Below, piece by piece: positions 55,697 through 64,000 of a stretch of DNA of 64,000 nucleotides. The translations under genes and the position numbers were made by a program. Numbering within the stretch: position 1 is the first letter of the stretch; every line of letters starts with the position of its first letter. The stretch covers positions 3,871 to 67,870 of the forward strand of contig CANPWO010000003.1 of the NCBI GenBank assembly GCA_947584535.1, in the 5' to 3' direction. The DNA comes from an uncultured Clostridia bacterium (GTDB lineage: Bacteria; Bacillota; Clostridia; TANB77; CAG-465). A model generated the notes under the pieces. It searched no databases. It saw nothing but the letters and a program-made list of their open reading frames with translations, and was not told where the DNA came from.

Positions 55697-56560
55697 TTAT
55701 GCTATGCCTATTAAAGAAATTATAATTCCAAACAAGCAACTAATTCCGTATACACTAACAAGTATTTTTAAATTTTCTTTAACATTATGATTAACTTTAA
55801 ATAATACAACCATTCCAATTCCTGCACCGCTACATAGTCCAGCTATAATAGATGCAAAACTTATATTTCCAGCAATATAAAGTTCAGTAAGTAAAACAGA
55901 TGAAGCACAATTTGGAATTAGTCCAATTAATGCAGAAATTATAGGTTGGAATATACTACCATTCATAAGTATTTTTGATAATCTATCATCTCCAATAATA
56001 TAAATTATAGTATTAAGAATAAATGAAACAATTAATATAAATATAAATATATTAATTGTATGTTTTAAAGCAGGTTTAAGTATTGAATGACCTTCTTTAC
56101 AATCACAATGTGAACACATTTCATGCATATGCTCATGAACATCTTGTACTTCATCATTTAAATTATGTTTTTTTCTTAATATAAAATCAATAAAAAGTCC
56201 AGCTATAATACCAATAATAAATTTAAATACAATAATTTTTATTATAAGAGAAGCATTATTTGGATGCGCAAGAAGTACAGGAATAGCTTCATCAGATGTT
56301 GATAAAAAAACAGCTATTAGTGTTCCTATTGTAATAACTCTACTTGCATATAAATTTGATGCAGTAACAGAAAAGCCACATTGAGGTACTATTCCAAGAG
56401 CTGAACCAATTACTGAGCCAAATTTTCCAGAATTTTTAAGTATTTTTTCAAGTGTTTTTGATGATTTATGCTCAATAAACTCAATAAGTAGGTAAGATAA
56501 AAATAAAAAAGGTAGTAACTTTAATGAGTCTATTAGTGTATCAAGTATAACATCAAGCAT
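55697..56560 (-). CDS. polytopic permease with a His/Cys-rich cytoplasmic loop (putative heavy-metal exporter-like)
   Basis: 287 aa with twin conserved P.C motifs (VPQCGFS, IPNCASS) and a central DEVQDVHEHMHEMCSHCDCKEGH loop. Confidence 0.45.
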   Translation of the reverse strand: MLDVILDTLIDSLKLLPFLFLSYLLIEFIEHKSSKTLEKILKNSGKFGSVIGSALGIVPQCGFSVTASNLYASRVITIGTLIAVFLSTSDEAIPVLLAHPNNASLIIKIIVFKFIIGIIAGLFIDFILRKKHNLNDEVQDVHEHMHEMCSHCDCKEGHSILKPALKHTINIFIFILIVSFILNTIIYIIGDDRLSKILMNGSIFQPIISALIGLIPNCASSVLLTELYIAGNISFASIIAGLCSGAGIGMVVLFKVNHNVKENLKILVSVYGISCLFGIIISLIGIA

Positions 56561-56658
56561 TTATTTCCTCCTAAAAAATCACATTATATTAATTATACTT
56601 TATTTTAAAAGTGTTGTCAACATAAAATATTTTAATTAATGTATATTTATGTATAAAT

Positions 56659-57357
56659 TTAGGTAACTTTTTTATGGATTTTATTCGCAATATAAACTCC
56701 AACTATTGAAATAAATAATGTAACAATAAATGTTATAATAGTCATTTTTAAATTTCCTTCAATGAGATTTGCTCCAGCAAATGTTGATGTTATTATAGAA
56801 GGAATTCTTGCAAAAGTTGCAATAAGCAAAAATCTTAATGGCTTTATATTTAATAATCCTCCAAGATATACAAATAAATCTTTTGGAGTTCCAGGAATAA
56901 AGAACATTATAAATAAGAATTCTTCTACTTTTTTTGAATCTTTTAATAATTTACTTTCTTTAAATTTATTAACTTTATTTTCTCCAAAAAAAGTATTTAT
57001 AAAGTCATTACCAAATTTTTTTACAAAAAAGTATATAATACTTGAGCTTATAAAAGTACCTATTAATATAACTAAAATTCCACCAAATGTACCAAAACAC
57101 ATTCCAGCTAAAATTTCTACAGGTTCACCGGGTAAAAATGCAACAAGCATTTGTAAAATCATAATTCCAATTATTATAAGTGGTGAAAGCAGTCCAGCGT
57201 TATTTATTTTATTTTTAAATGCAAGTTGCCCTTCTCTTGTAGAAAGGTTTTTAAAAAATGGAAAAAATTTTATTGTAAGATATATTAATAAAAGTATAGT
57301 TAAAATAAATAAAATTAATTTTACTATTTTCATTATTTTTTTATTCAATAATATCAC
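56659..57357 (-). CDS. TVP38/TMEM64 (DedA-related) family membrane protein
   Basis: LPGEPVEILAGMCFG and IPGTPKDLFVYLGGL motifs. Confidence 0.7.
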   Translation of the reverse strand: MILLNKKIMKIVKLILFILTILLLIYLTIKFFPFFKNLSTREGQLAFKNKINNAGLLSPLIIIGIMILQMLVAFLPGEPVEILAGMCFGTFGGILVILIGTFISSSIIYFFVKKFGNDFINTFFGENKVNKFKESKLLKDSKKVEEFLFIMFFIPGTPKDLFVYLGGLLNIKPLRFLLIATFARIPSIITSTFAGANLIEGNLKMTIITFIVTLFISIVGVYIANKIHKKVT

Positions 57358-57430
57358 CTTATATGTATTTAACTATGTATTATTTTATCAGAATATGTGT
57401 ATATTGTCAATTTAGGTAAATACATATAAA

Positions 57431-57468
57431 AAATAAAAAAATACTGAGAACAAAATGTTTTCAGTATT
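57431..57468 (-). terminator. terminator of the tRNA gene (minus strand)
   Basis: Minus-strand RNA aauacugaaaa / uucucaguauu hairpin followed by a U-run. Confidence 0.6.
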
Positions 57469-57476
57469 CTTTGATT

Positions 57477-57552
57477 TGGTTGCGAGAGGTAGACTCGAAC
57501 TACCGACCTTTGGGTTATGAGCCCAACGAGCTGCCAACTGCTCTATCTCGCG
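57477..57552 (-). tRNA. initiator tRNA-fMet (anticodon CAT)
   Basis: Cloverleaf: acceptor CGCGAGA/TCTCGCA with a C1:A72 mismatch, D-arm GAGC-AGTTGGCA-GCTC, anticodon stem with three G-C pairs (GGG/CCC) flanking the CTCATAA loop, T-arm GGTAG-TTCGAGT-CTACC, encoded CCA. Confidence 0.85.
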
Positions 57553-57567
57553 ATATATTATGTATAT

Positions 57568-57596
57568 AGTATAATATATATAAATTTAAAAGTCAA
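57568..57596 (-). promoter_or_regulatory. sigma-A promoter TTGACT-17-TATACT for the tRNA (minus strand)
   Basis: Plus-strand AGTCAA at 57591-57596 and AGTATA at 57568-57573; spacing 17. Confidence 0.55.
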
Positions 57597-57775
57597 TACT
57601 TTTTTGGAATTTTTTATGTATTTGTATAATATATTGTATGTAGACCATGATTAAAATATTACAAAATCAACTTTTTCTTAAAAATACAATAAATAAAATT
57701 GATTTATTTAAAATCATGTTATATAATACTTTTGTATGAAAAAGTTTATAACTTAAAAAAGGAGGAAATAAATTA

Positions 57776-59437
57776 ATGGAGCAACAACAAGTAAAAAGAC
57801 TTGGTGGTACTGTAGAAAAAAAATCAAAATTATACTTAATTAGCAATATAATATCTTTTGTTTATTTAATCATAAGTATAATTTGTGTATATATAGTTTC
57901 AAAATTTAATATTTTACCAACAAAATATTTACTTATAATTACAGCTTTACTTATTCTAATGCCTATAATTGTTGTAATTATACAATTAAAAACAAAAAAG
58001 AAAAAGAAATTGAAAATATTTTTAAATTTCTTTTCATTTATAATGTGTGGTGTGCTTGCAATTGTATCTGTATATTTTTATAGAACAAACCAATTTTTAA
58101 GTGCAATGCAGTCTTCAGGATATAAAATACAAAATTATTCAGTTATGGTTTTAAAAGAATCTTCTTATGAAAAAATTGATGATATTAAAGGCAAAATGCT
58201 TGGATATATTGATGGGGAAGATTCAGGTGTTAAAATTGCAAATGATGAAATAAAAAAAACAGTAGATGTTACTTTAAAAGGTGCTGCGACACTTGCAGAA
58301 CTTACTGCTATGCTTACTGAAAAAGAAACAGAAGCAATAATGGTAGAAGATTCATATAAGACAATATTAGAAGAAGAAGATAAAGAATTTATGGATAAAG
58401 TAAAGATAATACATACTTTTAGCATTCAAGTGCCAGTTGATGAAATTTCAAAAGATGTAAAAATGCAAGAGCCATTTAATATATATATAAGTGGAATTGA
58501 TACATACGGAAAAATCCAAACTGTATCAAGAAGTGATGTAAATATTGTAGTTACAATAAATCCAAATACTCATCAAGTATTACTAACTAATATACCAAGA
58601 GATTCATATGTACAATTATATAATACTGTTGGCGTAAAAGATAAACTAACACATGCAGGTATTTATGGAGTAGAAAAATCTGTAAAAACAATTGAAAAGT
58701 TACTTGATATTGACATTAACTATTATTTTAAAGTAAACTTTACATCCCTTGAAAATATAGTTGATGCAATAGGAGGAATAACAGCATATTCAAAATATAC
58801 ATTTACCTCATATATAGGCACATATTATTTTAAAGAAGGCTGGAATAATATGAACGGTAAACAAGCTCTTGGCTTCGCAAGAGAAAGAAAGTCTTTTCCA
58901 GAAGGAGATATAATGCGTGGTCAAAATCAACAAGCTGTTATTGAGGCGATTATAAGAAAAGTACAAACTCCAAGTATAATTGGAAGGTATAATACATTAT
59001 TAAGTTCACTAGCAGGCAAATTTGAAACAAATATGCCAACTGATAAAATTACTGAATTTATTAAAAATCAACTAGATAATCTAACTTCATGGAATGTTAC
59101 ATCTATTACATTAACAGGTAGTGGCTCAAGTCAAGTAACATATAGTGGTGGTAGTCAGAAATTATCAGTACTTATACTTGATGAAGATAGTATAGAAGAA
59201 GCAAAGCAGAAAATTGATTTAGTAATGCAGGGAGAAACACTTGAAAGTTCTTATGGAGAAGTTATAAATCCAAGAGATACAACTAAAGGGACAGCAAAAC
59301 AAACAACTACGAATACAACTACAAAAAAGAATGATAATACTACAAATACACAAGAACAACAAGTTGAAAATAAGGTAGATAACGAAAAAGAAAATAATAA
59401 TAATGTAGATATATATGGTAATAAAATAAGTAATTAA
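57776..59437 (+). CDS. LytR-CpsA-Psr (LCP) family cell-envelope protein
   Basis: N-terminal TM, LCP core (IPRDSYV...GGITAYS...GFARER) and a C-terminal low-complexity T/N-rich tail. Confidence 0.85.
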   Translation: MEQQQVKRLGGTVEKKSKLYLISNIISFVYLIISIICVYIVSKFNILPTKYLLIITALLILMPIIVVIIQLKTKKKKKLKIFLNFFSFIMCGVLAIVSVYFYRTNQFLSAMQSSGYKIQNYSVMVLKESSYEKIDDIKGKMLGYIDGEDSGVKIANDEIKKTVDVTLKGAATLAELTAMLTEKETEAIMVEDSYKTILEEEDKEFMDKVKIIHTFSIQVPVDEISKDVKMQEPFNIYISGIDTYGKIQTVSRSDVNIVVTINPNTHQVLLTNIPRDSYVQLYNTVGVKDKLTHAGIYGVEKSVKTIEKLLDIDINYYFKVNFTSLENIVDAIGGITAYSKYTFTSYIGTYYFKEGWNNMNGKQALGFARERKSFPEGDIMRGQNQQAVIEAIIRKVQTPSIIGRYNTLLSSLAGKFETNMPTDKITEFIKNQLDNLTSWNVTSITLTGSGSSQVTYSGGSQKLSVLILDEDSIEEAKQKIDLVMQGETLESSYGEVINPRDTTKGTAKQTTTNTTTKKNDNTTNTQEQQVENKVDNEKENNNNVDIYGNKISN

Positions 59438-59449
59438 TTTTTAATATAA

Positions 59450-59480
59450 AAAAAGATGAGCTATTAAACTCATCTTTTTT
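59450..59480. terminator. bidirectional terminator
   Basis: AAAGATGAG / CTCATCTTT stem, A6 run before and T6 run after. Confidence 0.75.
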
Positions 59481-59485
59481 ATGCT

Positions 59486-60160
59486 TTAATTATTGACTTC
59501 TTCTTTAACTCTATTTGCAACGTAAACTATTATACTCAAATCTTTATACGAAGGTTTTTTAGTATAAATTCTTTGAATAAAAGATAGATTGGTAAATGCA
59601 ATCATAAGTATACTTATAATAACAAAAAGAGTAAACACTAAAATCCATATATTTAAAGGCGAATTTGTAGTAATAAGTATATATGATAAAATATCTAAGA
59701 TAAAAATTGAAATGCAAATCCATAAAACTATTGCTACACTGTCCTTTTTCTTATAGTATGAATACTTTTTTATTTCATTTAGTGTAATTGCGCCTTTTGT
59801 TGATTTGTAAGCATTATTAAAACAATTTACAGCTCCTAACCTTGATTTATCTGATTTTTTAAAATTAAAAAATGATAGAATTATAAAAGTAACAGGTATG
59901 GAAATTGCAAATGTTTGTACAAAATAAAGTATACTACTACCAAATATCATTTCCATAAGCATACAGGTAAGTAAAACAATTAAAAACACACAAATACAGT
60001 CAAGTGTGTATTTTTCTGTTTGGAAGTACTGATTTTTTATCCGCTCAATTGCGAGTGTTATGTCATTTTTTTTCTCCTTAGTTACATAAGCATGGTAAGT
60101 ATAAAAAATATCTTCCTTTGTTTTTATACCAATACCTTCTCTTGAAATATAGGCTTTCAT
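59486..60160 (-). CDS. hypothetical membrane protein (224 aa)
   Basis: Four predicted TM helices. No family recognised. Confidence 0.5.
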   Translation of the reverse strand: MKAYISREGIGIKTKEDIFYTYHAYVTKEKKNDITLAIERIKNQYFQTEKYTLDCICVFLIVLLTCMLMEMIFGSSILYFVQTFAISIPVTFIILSFFNFKKSDKSRLGAVNCFNNAYKSTKGAITLNEIKKYSYYKKKDSVAIVLWICISIFILDILSYILITTNSPLNIWILVFTLFVIISILMIAFTNLSFIQRIYTKKPSYKDLSIIVYVANRVKEEVNN

Positions 60161-60263
60161 AGTTATTCCTCCTTAAAAAATATTACATTTAAATTATAAC
60201 ACAATTTACATAAAATGTCAATGCTTAAAAAGGTAGTTTAATTTATAAACTACCTTTTATATA

Positions 60264-61538
60264 CTAACAGCAATCATCACTACAAAGTGGTTCACGACCA
60301 ACGCAAACGTTATCCATTTTCCTATTTCTTAAACATTCAACGGGATTAGGAGCAACTTCAAATCTGTAGTCGCATCCATTACAATTAATATATTTGTCTA
60401 TAACAATATGACTTGGAACAGTACATACATCTTTATTAACAATATTTTGGTACATAAAGAAATCGAAATCTTTAGGAAGCTCACAAACTGGAACATATGA
60501 TTCACGCATTGCAGTATAGCTTGCAGTATTTGCTAGTATATCACGAACATATTCAACATTTGGTCCAAGTGTTAATAATTCAGGGAAAGTACCATTAGGA
60601 ATAATTTGTTGCCAATTTCTACCTTCATATTTTTCTAATAGATAAGCAGCTCTATGTAAATGAGTAACTTCTTCTTGGAAAAATTGTTCCCATATTTTTT
60701 TAATATATGGATCAGTTTCATCACAGTAACATGAATAATATAAATAGCATTCTGTATATTCGTGATTAAGTAAATTTTCAAGCCATGTTTGATTAGGATC
60801 AATTAAACTACCATATTGAGTTACGTGCTGTTCTTCAACAAGCCCAATTTCTTGATAAAGCCTTCTACCAATATCTGATGTATAGTATTGCCCAATATTC
60901 ATATAAAAATTCATAGTCTGTTGCTCTGCAGCAGTTATTATATTAACATTAAGTTTTGTAATTGGAGCAGCTGTTTTATTATTTATATAATTTTTAATAC
61001 TATCATAAGGATGTCTATGATGTGATATAGTAGGTCTACCAGGCATTATTTCTGTATATCTCCCAACAAGTTTTTCAGCTTGAATTCCATATTCCATATC
61101 AAGTAAATCAGAGTATCTATACAAATGATCAAAATCTTCAAGTAACGCAAAATCAAGTGCTGATTTTACATTTGTATCAGTTTCACGTTTAGCAAGTCTT
61201 GCAGTTAAATCAACTGCTAATTGTTCATATGAAATTGTTGTTTCAAGTATATTCTCATTTATAGGTTTTAAATGAGCAATTTTCATTTGTTGTTGTTTTT
61301 CTATTCTTCTTGTAAGAGCAATTTCACGTCTTAAATCATTATTATTACAGTTCCTTGAAAATTGATGTGAAAACCAATTTGCCTCAAATTCTGTACCATT
61401 CATTAATATAATTCTAGTTTTTGTGTATGGGTTAACTTCATATTTATTATATGGTTTAGGATAGATTTCACACCAATCTTTAATGCTTTTGTCAATGTTA
61501 ATAGGTTTTTCTTCAAATGGATTCATAAATATAATCAC
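60264..61538 (-). CDS. ferritin-like diiron-carboxylate family protein with a C-terminal Cys-rich tail (hypothetical)
   Basis: Repeated E..H motifs (EDFDHL, EEQHVTQ, EEVTHLH) suggest a diiron four-helix bundle. The C-terminus carries about 10 Cys (CNGCDYRF...CVGREPLCSDDCC). Confidence 0.45.
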   Translation of the reverse strand: MIIFMNPFEEKPINIDKSIKDWCEIYPKPYNKYEVNPYTKTRIILMNGTEFEANWFSHQFSRNCNNNDLRREIALTRRIEKQQQMKIAHLKPINENILETTISYEQLAVDLTARLAKRETDTNVKSALDFALLEDFDHLYRYSDLLDMEYGIQAEKLVGRYTEIMPGRPTISHHRHPYDSIKNYINNKTAAPITKLNVNIITAAEQQTMNFYMNIGQYYTSDIGRRLYQEIGLVEEQHVTQYGSLIDPNQTWLENLLNHEYTECYLYYSCYCDETDPYIKKIWEQFFQEEVTHLHRAAYLLEKYEGRNWQQIIPNGTFPELLTLGPNVEYVRDILANTASYTAMRESYVPVCELPKDFDFFMYQNIVNKDVCTVPSHIVIDKYINCNGCDYRFEVAPNPVECLRNRKMDNVCVGREPLCSDDCC

Positions 61539-61585
61539 ACTCCTTACGAGATTATATTCTATAAAAACAAATAATATGCAACATA

Positions 61586-63092
61586 TTATACTTTAATATC
61601 ATTTTTGTTTATAATTGACGAAAAGAATAAAAAAGTAATGTATATTGTTATAAAAATAATAATTTCTGCAATTAATGAAATTAAACTTGAGTTAATATTT
61701 AAATTAATTAATTTAATTGCATATCTTGAAAGCATTATACTTGCCAATGGTATAATAGTCCATGTAAAAAATTTTATTTCTATTTTAGTTACCTTTACAA
61801 GTTGAATAACGCTAATTATTGTATTAAGTATTTCGCTAATATATAGAACTACAATATAACCATTTATTCCCATTATTGGAAGTAAAATATATAATAGACC
61901 TGTACTTATAAACAAATCTAAAATATTACATTTCATAACTGCAACTTGTTCATTAAGTCCCTTGAGCATACCATCAACAATAGTATCAATATACATTAAA
62001 AAAATTAGAGGTGAAAGTAATTTTACGTAATAAACAACATCTTGATTTTCGTATAAAGAATCACAAAGTTCATTTGGAAACGTAAAAAAAATTCCAAAAA
62101 CGCAAATAGCAAATATAAAGGTTATTTTAAGTAATTTTAAACTAATTCTTTTTATTTGCTCAGTATTATTTTTAGCATAAAAAGTGGAATATTCAGGTAT
62201 TAGTAAATTACTTATTGATGTTATTATAACACTTGGAAACATTATTAATGGAAGTGCCATACCATTTACAATTCCATAATCAGATAATGCTTTTTGACAT
62301 GACATACCTGATTTTTCAAGTCTTAGTGGTATTATAAGTTGTTTTAATGTTGAAAGTCCAGAACGAATATATGATGTAATAGCTATTGGCATAGCAATTG
62401 ATATTATTTCTTTTTTGTAATTCCTATTTTTTATATTACCTATTGAATTATATTTCTTTTTATCTTTTAAATAAAGTATAAATATATATGTAAATGATAC
62501 AAGCTCGGAAATTACATCACCAATAATTAATGAAAGGCAAGCATATTCAAGACCTTTAGGCAAAAATAATGAAAGTAAAAAAGATGTAACAAATATCTTA
62601 ACAAATTGTTCAAGCAGTTGGGAAGAAGCAGTTTTAAAAACTTTCCTAACTGCTGAAAAATATCCATTAATTGCAGAGGACATAGATATAAAAGGCAAAG
62701 CAATTGCAATAGCATATATAGGCATTTTAGATATTCTTGCATGAAGACATATATTAACTATAAAATCTGAAAATAAAAGAATTATTGCACTTGATGCTAT
62801 ACCTACAATTAGGCTATATATTATACATTTTTTAATAACATATTTTGCTCCTTTATTATTTTCTTTAGCAAATTCCTCAGTTACTAAACGGGTAGCTGCT
62901 ACACTAATTCCGAGATGATGCAAGAGTTATAGCAAATAAATAAACTGAAAGTATAAGTTGAAATAAACCTGTACATTCAGCTCCCACTTTATTTGATACA
63001 TATACATTAAAAGACATTCCAACAGTTCTAATAATAAATGATGTAAAAGTAAGTATAAATGCATTAATTACAAATAATTTTGCTTTTCTCAA
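61586..63092 (-). pseudogene. SpoVB/MurJ-like polysaccharide flippase (MOP superfamily) disrupted by a single-base insertion near nt 62912
   Basis: Minus ORF 62904..63092 (MRKAKLFVINAFILTFTSFIIRTVGMSFNVYVSNKVGAECTGLFQLI...LASSRN*) and ORF 61586..62923 (..GISVAATRLVTEEFAK...) form one roughly 505-aa protein. Removing one C from TCTCGGAATT restores LASSGISVAATRLV. Confidence 0.65.
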
Positions 63093-63146
63093 AATTAATC
63101 ACCTTATCTATAAAATGTATATGGTAATTTATACCTCATTATTCCA

Positions 63147-63175
63147 TTGACAATTATTTTAAACTATGGTATTAT
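63147..63175 (+). promoter_or_regulatory. sigma-A promoter TTGACA-17-TATTAT
   Basis: -35 at 63147-63152 and -10 at 63170-63175, upstream of the LRR gene. Confidence 0.5.
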
Positions 63176-63246
63176 CATATTAAATTATAAATATGCTTTT
63201 AATTATTTATATAATTATATAATAAAATGATAGGAGGACGTCTAAA

Positions 63247-63864
63247 ATGAAACTCGATAGTAAAAAGGCAAGTAAGTTGCTTAAAGAAAGTATTGATGGT
63301 GTAATAAATTTAGGTGAAGATTTTACATCTATTGATGCAAATGCTTTTTTTAATTCAGACAGGATTAAAAAGTTAGTTATTAATGGAAATGTAAGAAAAA
63401 TACCTAAATATGCTTTTTGTAACTGCTCAAATCTTGAAGAAGTGATTCTTCCTGAAGGCTTAACAGAAATACAAGAATATGCTTTTAGTGGCTGTAGTAG
63501 CTTAAAGAAAATATATATTCCAAGTTCTGTTACAAAAATTCACTCATATGCTTTTTCTTTCTGTACTTGTCTAAGTGATATAAGATTACCTAAAAAACTT
63601 GAAAAAATAGGTCCACATGCTTTTGAAGATACTGCATTAAAGGAGATTAAAATTCCTGCTAATGTACAAAAACTTGGTGAAGGTACGTTTTCAAATTGTA
63701 GTAATCTCTTAAATGTAGTAATCCCAAAAAGTATGAAAAAACTTTCACTTGATTTATTTAATAGTTGCTTTGCTATAAAAAGAATTGAAGTACCAAAGGA
63801 AATAGAGATAATTAAAACAAGTAAAAAGCAATTTGGACTTGAAGCTAAAGTGGTATATTGTTAA
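63247..63864 (+). CDS. leucine-rich repeat (BspA-type LRR_5) protein
   Basis: Repeated AF..C..L..I.IP..V..I...AF motifs. 205 aa. Confidence 0.7.
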   Translation: MKLDSKKASKLLKESIDGVINLGEDFTSIDANAFFNSDRIKKLVINGNVRKIPKYAFCNCSNLEEVILPEGLTEIQEYAFSGCSSLKKIYIPSSVTKIHSYAFSFCTCLSDIRLPKKLEKIGPHAFEDTALKEIKIPANVQKLGEGTFSNCSNLLNVVIPKSMKKLSLDLFNSCFAIKRIEVPKEIEIIKTSKKQFGLEAKVVYC

Positions 63865-63970
63865 AGTTATATGTAAAAGATGGAGTATATTATTTACTTC
63901 ATCTTTTATTTATGCAATTTGACATTTTAATTTTTTTATGTTAATATAAAATACGAATGAAGGTGATTAT

Positions 63971-64000
63971 ATGACTGCCTCTTTAGAAGAATATTTAAAA
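63971..64000 (+). CDS. start of a gene cut by the window end; possibly a DtxR/MntR-type metalloregulator
   Basis: AAGGTGA SD plus ATG. MTASLEEYLK resembles the DtxR-family N-terminus, but only 10 codons are visible. Confidence 0.3.
   Translation, partial: MTASLEEYLK

Noticed and set aside
1-64000. CRISPR arrays, IS elements and prophage.
   Set aside because: No direct-repeat/spacer periodicity, no transposase or integrase-like ORFs and no terminal inverted repeats were seen. The only phage-associated signal is the DUF5131 domain protein, which also occurs chromosomally.

Overview
This 64-kb window is very AT-rich (about 28% GC) and looks like a Clostridia-type chromosomal segment. It is almost fully coding, mostly on the + strand, with strong SD sequences and many near-consensus sigma-A promoters and hairpin terminators. 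Recognisable housekeeping genes are ackA (5'-truncated), gatC-gatA-proS-gatB, recG, uvrB, rsgA, pfk, rdgB, lexA, dpaB, rimO, rho, argS, rpmF, mtaB, an Fe/Mn superoxide dismutase, an LCP protein and an initiator tRNA-fMet. Between these lie accessory or poorly characterised loci. The largest is a 6.7-kb gene for a 2221-aa surface protein with Big_2, FN3, beta-helix and duplicated FGE-sulfatase-like modules. An unannotated SCIFF-type six-Cys RiPP precursor sits on the minus strand with no radical-SAM maturase nearby. There is a 61-aa peptide that is one-third cysteine, a ribulose-phosphate-3-epimerase fused to an AlkD-type DNA-alkylation-repair domain, and two tandem diversifying membrane-protein paralogs. 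A DUF5131, NUDIX, DUF4186-like, HAD-nucleotidase group and a ferritin-like Cys-tailed protein are also present. Four conserved genes (M18 aminopeptidase, DUF362, TGS-uridine-kinase, spoVB-like flippase) each carry a single-base +1 frameshift outside homopolymers. The SOD gene has no canonical start codon. I found no CRISPR array, IS element, rRNA or obvious prophage. Hand-placed coordinates for promoters and terminators may be off by 1-2 nt.
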